Part shown: in pieces, positions 56,710 to 64,000 of the stretch
Position numbering within the stretch: the stretch's first letter is position 1
Layout of the letters: the number at the start of each line of letters is the position of its first letter
From: Acidobacteriota bacterium
GTDB lineage: Bacteria > Acidobacteriota > Thermoanaerobaculia > Multivoradales > Multivoraceae
DNA: 64,000 nt
Direction: 5' to 3'
Assembly (NCBI GenBank): GCA_026707325.1
Contig: JAPOXA010000007.1
Span: 20,775 to 84,774, forward strand
Translations under genes and position numbers: made by a program
The notes under the pieces: generated by a model
What the model saw: the letters and a program-made list of their open reading frames with translations, nothing else
The model's database searches: none
What the model was told of the DNA's origin: nothing

Positions 56710-58023
56710 TCAGCCGCGGCCGGAAACGGGGATGCCGAACTCGCGGAGGGTTCCCTCGAGCGTCGGCCGTCCTAGGCGCATCCGGTCGTCGGTCAGCAGG
56801 TAGGAGAAGAGGAAACCGCCGCCAAGCATGAGGATCCCGACCAGGAAGCAGTACATGACCGCACGGTCGGGGTAGCCGTCCTTGAGGTAGCCCAGGTAGA
56901 CCGGACCGACGATTCCGGCGGCCGCCCACGCCGTGAGCACGGCGCCGTAGATCGAGGACATCTTGCGCGAACCGAACACGTCCAGGACGAAGGGCGGCAT
57001 GGTGGCGAACCCGCCGCCGAAGCAGAGCAGCACATAGCAGACGAGTATCGAGAAGATCCACGGATTCGTCTCGGTCATCAGCACGCCGAACACGACCATC
57101 TGGCTCGCGAGGAGAATCCGGAACACCTTCACCCGGCCGATGCGGTCCGACAGCAGGCCCCAGAACAGTCTCCCCACGCCGTTGCACAGCGAACTGATCG
57201 CGATCAGCGTGGCTCCGTACTCCGCCAGGGTCGCCGGCTCGAGCGAGGGGTCGGAAAGACCCCAGACCTCCTGGAGCAGCTCCGACTGGAAGCTGATCAC
57301 CGTGATGCCGGCCGCGATGTTGAAGAAGAAGACGATCCACATGAACACGAACTGCTGGGAACCGAGGTAGGTCCTGACGGCCGTGTCGTCCTCCGCGGGC
57401 GCCGTCTCCGCGGCGGGCCCGGCGACGGACTTCACCAGATCCGAGGGAACGGGCGGATCGCTCAGCAGCAGGCTGCAGGGGATCAGGAGGCAGGCGAACG
57501 TGATGCCGAGCCAGAGGAACACCTCGGACAGGTCCTCGCCCGTGCGCAGCACCAGCAAGGGCGCCAGTCCCTTGCTGAGCAGGAAGGCGCCGACGCCGAA
57601 GCCCATGACGACGATCCCGGTGACCAGTCCCTTGTGGTCTGGGAACCACTTGGCCACCGTCGCGACCGGCGTCACGTAGCCCAGACCGATGCCGGCGCCG
57701 CCGACCACCCCGTAGCCGAGGTAGAACAGCGGCAGCATGTCCAGGCGGAGTGCGGCTGCCGCGATCAGGTAGCCGCCCGAGAACAGGATGCTGCCGATCA
57801 CGGCGAGCTTCCTGGGCCCCAGCCGGGGCAGCACCTGCCCGGCCCAGGCCGCGGACACGCCCAGGCTGAAGATCGTGATGCTGAACGCCCAGGCCGTCTG
57901 CGAGAAGGTCCACCCCGCCTGCCGGACCAGCATCGTCTGGAAGAAGCTCCAGGCGTACACCGTGCCGAAGCACAACTGGAGCGTCGTGCAGAGCAGCGCG
58001 ATGACGGTTCTGGGGACCCGCAC
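56710..58023 (-). CDS. MFS transporter, oxalate:formate antiporter (OFA)-like
   Basis: GTVYAWS, GLGYVTPV..KWFPDHKGL..GFG, NGVGRLFWGLLSDRIGR, IYGAVLTAW. Confidence 0.92.
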   Translation of the reverse strand: MRVPRTVIALLCTTLQLCFGTVYAWSFFQTMLVRQAGWTFSQTAWAFSITIFSLGVSAAWAGQVLPRLGPRKLAVIGSILFSGGYLIAAAALRLDMLPLFYLGYGVVGGAGIGLGYVTPVATVAKWFPDHKGLVTGIVVMGFGVGAFLLSKGLAPLLVLRTGEDLSEVFLWLGITFACLLIPCSLLLSDPPVPSDLVKSVAGPAAETAPAEDDTAVRTYLGSQQFVFMWIVFFFNIAAGITVISFQSELLQEVWGLSDPSLEPATLAEYGATLIAISSLCNGVGRLFWGLLSDRIGRVKVFRILLASQMVVFGVLMTETNPWIFSILVCYVLLCFGGGFATMPPFVLDVFGSRKMSSIYGAVLTAWAAAGIVGPVYLGYLKDGYPDRAVMYCFLVGILMLGGGFLFSYLLTDDRMRLGRPTLEGTLREFGIPVSGRG

Positions 58024-58030
58024 GCCGGAG

Positions 58031-58771
58031 CTACTCCGTGCCGGAAACGCTCGCCGGCAGGCCGCGGCCGCCGCCCTGCCGCGACACGTGAAGGAACAGC
58101 CGCGCCAGGTGGCCCACCTCGTCGTCGCGCGCCAGGAGGTCGCGCTCGCCGAGCTCGTCGTTCTCCCCGTGCCTGGCCAGTTCCACCGCATAGGCGAGGA
58201 GTTCGCCCAGCGGCTTCGCGGCCAGGTTGACGAACCAGATCGACGCCAGCACCCCGAGGACGAGCATGACGCTGATCAGGTAGACCTGCTGGCCGATCGC
58301 CCGCTGGATCTTGAGAGCGACGACGTCGAGATCCATGCCGACGTGCACGGTCCCGGCGACTCCGGCCAGGATCGGGCTGCCGACCTCGATGAAGTCGCCC
58401 ATCCCCGGCAGGCTCCGTTCAACCGGCGCCGTGTTGCTGTGTTCGCTCTCCAGGATCTCCTCGGGGATACCGGGCACGAAGGTATGTGCCAGGAACTCGC
58501 CCGTCTCGCTGGTGATGTAGATGTAGCGGATGCCCTGAACCTCGAGAAACTGGTCGACCAGCGACTGCAGCGTCGCGAGATTCTGGTTCAGGAGAATGCC
58601 GGCGCTCGAGTCGGCGATGGTCTTGGCGATGTTCTGGGTGTTGACCTCGTACTCCGCCGACAGCTCGGTGTCGACGGTGTAGATGCAGAGAATCGAGGTC
58701 GACAGGACGATCAGGCCGAAGACGGCGAAGATGCCGAACCTCGTCCACTTGAACAGCCTGCGGATTCTCAT
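58031..58771 (-). CDS. Two-TM sensor-like protein ending in a HAMP domain (no output domain)
   Basis: TM1, periplasmic domain (YIYI..LAHTF..GTVHVGMD), TM2, KPLGEL...DDEVGHLARLF, then stop. Confidence 0.8.
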   Translation of the reverse strand: MRIRRLFKWTRFGIFAVFGLIVLSTSILCIYTVDTELSAEYEVNTQNIAKTIADSSAGILLNQNLATLQSLVDQFLEVQGIRYIYITSETGEFLAHTFVPGIPEEILESEHSNTAPVERSLPGMGDFIEVGSPILAGVAGTVHVGMDLDVVALKIQRAIGQQVYLISVMLVLGVLASIWFVNLAAKPLGELLAYAVELARHGENDELGERDLLARDDEVGHLARLFLHVSRQGGGRGLPASVSGTE

Positions 58772-58772
58772 C

Positions 58773-60062
58773 TCAGCCGAACCTGGCGCCCCAGTCGTCG
58801 AGCGGGACGAACCGGCCGTCCTCGACGACGGTGTGGTAGACGCTCTGGAGTCCCTGACGCCGGTCGGGGCCGAAGGACACGCGCTCGCTGATCCCGAGGT
58901 CGAAGTCCTCGATCGAGAAGACCGCCTCCTCCAGTCCCGCACGGTCCGGATTCGGTCCCAACCGCCGCAGAATCTCCCCCATCAGCTTGGCGTTCAGGAA
59001 CCCCTCGAGGCTGCCGAAGCTGTGGGGGAACGGCGCGTACTCCTCCTGCACCAGGTCGGCCGGCACCTGGGGGTCGTAGCGCGCCATCAGGTCCCGGTAC
59101 TCCTGTACCGCCGGGATCGACGTGTCCTCGTAACTCGGAACCACCTGGGAGTTGATCAACTGCCGGGTGTATCTCTCGGCGTCGTCCTGCCCCTCGGTCA
59201 GAAGCTTCAGCATGTTCTCGCTGCCGACGAAGGAGAGGTTGGCGATCGGCACGTCGAGTCCGAGGTCGACGGCGTCGCGGGCGAACGCGGCGCAGGCGGC
59301 GTAGGCGCCGATGCAGATGACCGCATCCGGCGAAACGCCCTGCAGGATCTCGACCTGCTTCCTCATGCTGCCGGTGAACTTCTCGCCGCGGCTGTAGGTC
59401 GCCTCGCCCGCGAGCCGCTCGCCGTGCTTGTCCAGAGCCGCCCGCACGCCAGCCCAGCCGCTCCGGCCGTAGGCGTCGATCTGGTAGAAGACGGCGATTC
59501 GCCGCCTGCCGATCTGCACCAGGTTGTCCACCAGCCCCGCCGTCTCCTGGTTGTAGGAAGCACGGAGGTTGAAGGCGAACTCGCCGTAGGGCGGCTCCCG
59601 TTGGGGCTGGGCGCCGGTGAACGGGAAAAACAGGAAGATACTCTCGTCCTGGAACTTCTTCAGGATCGGCAGGACCCGGGTCACGGTCGGCGTCCCGACG
59701 TAGCCGAACAGGAGGAACACCTTGTCCTCCAGCATCAGCCTCATGGTGTTCTGGACGCACGGATCCGGCTGATAGCCGTCGTCGTACAACTTCAGGCTGA
59801 CCCTTCGGCCCTCGACGCCGCCGTTCTCGTTCACGTTGTTGAAGTACGCCATGGCGCCGCGGTAGAGCTCCGTGCCGAGCCCCCTGGACGGACCTGAGAA
59901 GGCGGCCGACACCCCGAGAACGATCTCTTCGTCCGTGGCGCCCCGACCTTCCGCCAGGTCCGACGACTCGGCCTCCGAGCCTCCGGACTCCTGCCCGCGC
60001 CCCGCAGCCAACGACGACACCGTGAAGGGAGCAACGAGCAGCGCGGCCAAGCCGGACCGCAT
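58773..60062 (-). CDS. Periplasmic solute-binding protein (LivJ/PBP1-like)
   Basis: GVSAAFSGP, NENGGVEGR, YDDGYQP, GYVGTPT, NLRASY, SQVVP, LEGFLNAK. Confidence 0.9.
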   Translation of the reverse strand: MRSGLAALLVAPFTVSSLAAGRGQESGGSEAESSDLAEGRGATDEEIVLGVSAAFSGPSRGLGTELYRGAMAYFNNVNENGGVEGRRVSLKLYDDGYQPDPCVQNTMRLMLEDKVFLLFGYVGTPTVTRVLPILKKFQDESIFLFFPFTGAQPQREPPYGEFAFNLRASYNQETAGLVDNLVQIGRRRIAVFYQIDAYGRSGWAGVRAALDKHGERLAGEATYSRGEKFTGSMRKQVEILQGVSPDAVICIGAYAACAAFARDAVDLGLDVPIANLSFVGSENMLKLLTEGQDDAERYTRQLINSQVVPSYEDTSIPAVQEYRDLMARYDPQVPADLVQEEYAPFPHSFGSLEGFLNAKLMGEILRRLGPNPDRAGLEEAVFSIEDFDLGISERVSFGPDRRQGLQSVYHTVVEDGRFVPLDDWGARFG

Positions 60063-60225
60063 CACGGACTTCCTGGTGACCAGGGGACCCCAGTTGCCGT
60101 TGGGCGAAGCTTCCGGTCCGAGACTGCATTGCACGATAAGTCCTCCTGTTCCGTTGGCCTGGTCAGACACTATCGCCATTCGCCGCACCACCGGATCGTC
60201 GGACCGCTAGGATGCGCCTTCTGGC

Positions 60226-61764
60226 ATGAAGAACGGCCTGAAGAAGGTACTCGTCGCGAACCGCGGCGAGATCGCGGTGCGGGTGATCCGGGCGCTCCGC
60301 GAACGCGGCATCGTCTCGGTCGCCGTCTACTCGGAGGCGGACCGCGACGGTCTGGCCGTGCAGATGGCGGACGAGGCCCACTGCATCGGCCCCGCGCCCT
60401 CGATCGAGAGCTACCTTCAGGCCGGGAGAATCGTCGACCTCGCCGCGTCCATCGGCGCCGACGCGATCCACCCCGGCTACGGCTTCCTGTCCGAGAACGC
60501 CGGGTTCGCGCGCCTCTGCGAGGAACGCGACATTGCCTTCATCGGACCGCCCTCCGCGGCGATCGCCGCGATGGGCTCGAAGATCCAAAGCCGGCGCCTG
60601 ATGACCGCGGCCGGCGTACCCATCGTGCCGGGCGGCACCGATCCTCTGGCCTCCGCGGAAGCGGCCCGCGAAGCGGCAGCCGAGATCGGCTATCCGGTGA
60701 TGCTCAAGGCCTCCGCCGGCGGCGGCGGCAAGGGCATGCGGCTGGTACGGGAGGAAAGCGAACTCGAAGCGGCCTTCCGGGGCGCGACCTCGGAGGCCGG
60801 CGCCAGCTTCGATGACGCCTCGGTCTACATCGAGCGCTTCGTCGAGCGGCCCCGCCACGTCGAGATCCAGATCCTCGGCGACCGGCACGGACGGATCGTC
60901 TCCCTGGGCGAACGGGAGTGCTCTCTGCAACGACGGCATCAGAAGGTGGTCGAGGAGGCGCCGTCGCCCGTCGTTGACGCGGACCTCCGCCGCCGCATGG
61001 GCGAAGCGGCGATCCGCGCCGCGGCCGCCGTGAACTACGTCGGCGCGGGCACGGTGGAGTTCCTGCTCGATCCCGGGGGAGAGTTCTACTTCCTGGAGAT
61101 GAACACGAGGATCCAGGTCGAGCATCCGGTGACCGAACTGGTCACCGGCATCGACATCGTCGCCGCCCAGCTCGACATCGCGGCCGGCGAACCGTTGCCG
61201 GAGGCGCTGGCGAACGGCCTGGAGCCTCGCGGACACGCGGTCGAGGTCCGGCTCTACGCGGAGGATCCGTTCCGCAACTTCGCTCCTTCGCCCGGCCGGA
61301 TCGAACTGCTCCAACTGCCGGAGGGCCCGGGCGTCCGCAACGACTGCGGCGTGTACGAGGGCTCGGAGGTGACGATCCACTACGACCCCATGCTGGCCAA
61401 GTTGATCGTCTGGGGGCGTGACCGGCGCGATGCTCTGGCCCGGCTCAGGCGGGCCCTCGCTGAGACCCGGGTGGAGGGCATCCGCACCAACCTGCCCCTC
61501 TTCGAGCAACTGCTCGAGGACGAGGACTTCACGACAGGCAACATGGACATCTCGATGCTCGATCGCAAGCTCGAGAACGGCGAGTTGCGGCCGGTCGGGC
61601 CGGACGACGACGCCCTGGAGACCGACCTTCCCGTCCTCGCCGCCGTCCTTGCCCACCTGAAACGGGCCGAGGCGAACGGAACCGCGGCCGGCGGCGGCGC
61701 CCCGCAGTCGAACTGGCAGCTCGCGGCGCGCCGCGACGCCCGGAGAGGCACGACATGGAACTGA
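60226..61764 (+). CDS. Biotin carboxylase subunit (acyl-CoA carboxylase)
   Basis: ANRGEIA, HPGYGFLSEN, KASAGGGGKGMR, RECSLQRRHQK, EMNTRIQVEH, YDPMLAK. Confidence 0.96.
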   Translation: MKNGLKKVLVANRGEIAVRVIRALRERGIVSVAVYSEADRDGLAVQMADEAHCIGPAPSIESYLQAGRIVDLAASIGADAIHPGYGFLSENAGFARLCEERDIAFIGPPSAAIAAMGSKIQSRRLMTAAGVPIVPGGTDPLASAEAAREAAAEIGYPVMLKASAGGGGKGMRLVREESELEAAFRGATSEAGASFDDASVYIERFVERPRHVEIQILGDRHGRIVSLGERECSLQRRHQKVVEEAPSPVVDADLRRRMGEAAIRAAAAVNYVGAGTVEFLLDPGGEFYFLEMNTRIQVEHPVTELVTGIDIVAAQLDIAAGEPLPEALANGLEPRGHAVEVRLYAEDPFRNFAPSPGRIELLQLPEGPGVRNDCGVYEGSEVTIHYDPMLAKLIVWGRDRRDALARLRRALAETRVEGIRTNLPLFEQLLEDEDFTTGNMDISMLDRKLENGELRPVGPDDDALETDLPVLAAVLAHLKRAEANGTAAGGGAPQSNWQLAARRDARRGTTWN

Positions 61765-62264
61765 TCGTCGCCCGCTCCGCGGGCGAGGTCCGCGTCGAGG
61801 TCCGAGCCGAGGCGAACGGCCACTGGACCGTCGCCGTCGACGACCGCGAGTACCGGGTCGACGCCGCGACCCTGGGACGGCCGGACGTCCTGAGCCTGAT
61901 CGTCGACGGGCGTCAGGCGACGCAGAGCGTCCGCTCGCTCGGCAACGGCGTCTACGATGTCGACGGCGTCGAGTTGAAGGTGATCAACCCCCGCTCGCGG
62001 GCTCTCGGCGAGGCGGCGCAGCAGGGAGCCGCCGGCACGTTCGAGGCGACCGCCTACATGCCCGGCCGCGTCGTGGCCGTGCTCGCGGCCGAGGGCGACG
62101 AGGTGACCTCGGGACAGGGCGTCGTCGTGCTCGAAGCGATGAAGATGGAGAACGAGATCCAGTCGGAGATCGACGGACGGCTCGAGCAGCTCCTCGTCGA
62201 GGTCGGCCAGACGGTCGACGGCGGCCAGCCGCTCTTCGTCGTCGCCGCCGGCAACGACGCCTAA
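61755..62264 (+). CDS. Biotin carboxyl carrier protein
   Basis: MPGRVV..EAMKMENE biotinylation motif. Confidence 0.93.
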   Translation: MELIVARSAGEVRVEVRAEANGHWTVAVDDREYRVDAATLGRPDVLSLIVDGRQATQSVRSLGNGVYDVDGVELKVINPRSRALGEAAQQGAAGTFEATAYMPGRVVAVLAAEGDEVTSGQGVVVLEAMKMENEIQSEIDGRLEQLLVEVGQTVDGGQPLFVVAAGNDA

Positions 62265-62935
62265 CTCGCCTCGCGCACCAGCACCTTCGACGCGGCCGGG
62301 AAGCCCAGGCTGAACTCGCGCGCGCCGGAAACCACCGCAACGCTGCCAGCAGTCTCGTCCCTCGCCGCCACCTCGACCTGGCTGCCCGGCGCCAGCCCTT
62401 CGCGCTCCGCGAAGCGCAGGAACTCGGCGTTCTGGTCCGTCACGCGGACCACCTCGACGACCTGGTTCAGGGCGCACTTCAGGAGGCTCGGATGATCCAC
62501 GAGTTCGATGTGACCGTCGGCGCTCGGAATCGGATCGCCGTGGGGATCCACGGAGGGATGGCCGAGCATCTCGTCCATCCGCTCGATCATCCGCCCGGAA
62601 ACGGAGTGTTCGAGCAGTTCGGCCTCCGAGTGGACCTCACTCCAGTCGAAGCCCATCACATTGACCAGGAAGAGCTCGATCAGGCGATGCCGCCTGAGCA
62701 CGTGAGTCGCCAGCTTGCGGCCCGCCGGCAGGAGCCGGACGCCGCTGTACGGTTCGTAGACGATCAGCCCGGACTCGGCCAGGGTCTTCATCATCGCCGT
62801 GACCGAGGCGGGAGCCACCTTGAGGCGCGCCGCGATCCGCCCCATCGGTACGAGTTCCGCACCCTCCAACCGGGCTTCGTGCTCCGCCAGGAAGATGCAC
62901 TTCAGGTAGTCCTCGACGGTGCTACTGGTGCGCAT
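62261..62935 (-). CDS. DtxR/MntR metal-dependent regulator with FeoA-like domain
   Basis: EDYLKCI, ASVTAM, RRHRLIELFL, HSEAELLEH, DPHGDPIP. Confidence 0.94.
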   Translation of the reverse strand: MRTSSTVEDYLKCIFLAEHEARLEGAELVPMGRIAARLKVAPASVTAMMKTLAESGLIVYEPYSGVRLLPAGRKLATHVLRRHRLIELFLVNVMGFDWSEVHSEAELLEHSVSGRMIERMDEMLGHPSVDPHGDPIPSADGHIELVDHPSLLKCALNQVVEVVRVTDQNAEFLRFAEREGLAPGSQVEVAARDETAGSVAVVSGAREFSLGFPAASKVLVREAS

Positions 62936-63782
62936 CTTCCACCTCGGCCGGGCTCACGAGTGTACCGGCGGCCTCCGCCTCGCCGCCCGGGTGGCGGAGC
63001 ACCGACTCGAGGAGGCCGGGCCGGCGCCCGTCGATGATGAGCGATTCGACGCCGCGCTGAGCCAGCCTCCAGGCGGTCGCCAGGCGGTGCTCCATGCCGC
63101 CGGTGACATCGACCGCCGGTGAACTTCCGGCGGCCTCGGACGCTGTCCCGATGTTCGCCGCGTCGATGCGGGGAACGAGCCGCCCGGCGTCGTCCAGGAC
63201 GCCGGCCGTGGCGCCGAGCCACACCGCCCGCCGCACGTCGATGCCGAGCGGAGGGAGGGCGCCGGCAAGGAACTCGAACACCGTCTCCGTCGACGCGATC
63301 GAGGCCCCGCGCGTCCGGTCCACGACGACGTCGCCCATCGTGACCGGGACCAGGCCGAGTCGCAGGGCTTCCGCCAACGGTTGGGGCGGCGGACCGCCGG
63401 GCTCTCCGTCGGTCGCCACCAGGAACGCGGACGGCAGTTGCGAGTACGCCGGCACGCCGGCCGCGATCAGGCGGGAAACGACCTGGCGGTGAAGTTCCTG
63501 GGCCGCGGCCTGCGTGCGCGCGATGCCCATCCGGTCCGTCGCTGAGCCGAGCCGCCGGCCGCCGGCGCCTCCCGCCAGACCGGCGGCGCGGGCCTCCGGG
63601 TGTCCGAAGGAACCGCTGCCGTGACCGATCACGAGGCCGCCCCCCGACCACCCGGCAGCGATCTCGGCCGCCAGCCGCCGCAGGTGTTCCTTCGCGACCG
63701 TGCGCGGTTTCGTCTTGTCCGTGATCAGGCTGCCGCCGAGCTTGACCAGGGTGACGCTCAACGGCCTCGATCCGGCCGCCAT
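62922..63782 (-). CDS. Isopentenyl phosphate kinase (amino-acid-kinase family)
   Basis: VKLGGSLITDK, HGSGSFGH, GDVV, STE, DVTGGM. Confidence 0.88.
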   Translation of the reverse strand: MAAGSRPLSVTLVKLGGSLITDKTKPRTVAKEHLRRLAAEIAAGWSGGGLVIGHGSGSFGHPEARAAGLAGGAGGRRLGSATDRMGIARTQAAAQELHRQVVSRLIAAGVPAYSQLPSAFLVATDGEPGGPPPQPLAEALRLGLVPVTMGDVVVDRTRGASIASTETVFEFLAGALPPLGIDVRRAVWLGATAGVLDDAGRLVPRIDAANIGTASEAAGSSPAVDVTGGMEHRLATAWRLAQRGVESLIIDGRRPGLLESVLRHPGGEAEAAGTLVSPAEVEDAHQ

Positions 63783-63784
63783 GG

Positions 63785-64000
63785 TCAGAGTTCAGCTCCG
63801 CTGCGCCAGTGAGGCGAACCGCCGGTGCGGTCGCGCAACACGCGCTGAACGCTGCCGAGTTCCCCGAGCCGCGACGCCACCCGCGATTCGCCGCCCGGCT
63901 GGCAGATCACGTGGACGTTCGCGCCGGCGTCCATCGTCGCGTAGGCGGCCACGCCGTCCGCGCGCAGCTCGCGGACCGCGGCCAGCACCTCGATCGTCCC
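63785..64000 (-). CDS. Mevalonate-(di)phosphate decarboxylase family (GHMP), C-terminal fragment
   Basis: VRELRADG..ATMDAGANVHVIC; runs off the window end; directly upstream of IPK. Confidence 0.8.
   Translation of the reverse strand, partial: GTIEVLAAVRELRADGVAAYATMDAGANVHVICQPGGESRVASRLGELGSVQRVLRDRTGGSPHWRSGAEL

Noticed and set aside
58021-58033. Stop read-through fusion of the HAMP protein to the MFS transporter
   Set aside because: The MFS start is not in frame with the HAMP stop codon.

Overview
GC-rich (~70%), gene-dense bacterial chromosome segment from a diderm (LPS heptosyltransferase, BamD, TonB/ExbBD). Gene order and content suggest Acidobacteriota; this is an inference. It holds about 60 mostly housekeeping CDS: glycosyltransferases and a priming sugar transferase, purD/purE, ispH, dxr-cdsA-rseP, uvrD, glmU, gatB, ruvC/yebC, folC, acyl-CoA carboxylase subunits, a TldD/PmbA pair, selA, type IV minor pilins with pilD, and two exported M20 peptidases. 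There are four tRNAs (Pro-TGG, Arg-TCT, His-GTG, Arg-CCG) and no rRNA, CRISPR array, integrase or transposase. Most notable: (1) a multi-hairpin REP/REPIN-like repeat family (about 9 copies, with stem covariation), three copies of which sit in frame inside proteins, including one that links two GT2 domains; (2) a compact operon of a solute-binding protein, an output-less HAMP membrane sensor and an OFA-type MFS transporter; (3) MEP genes (dxr, ispH) together with a modified mevalonate module (decarboxylase plus isopentenyl phosphate kinase); (4) several remodelled genes: a PilX-PilY1 fusion, GlmU missing part of its uridyltransferase site, a frameshifted and shortened TPR duplicate, and a probable CTG start for purD. 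Most other ORFs in the six-frame track are high-GC shadow ORFs.
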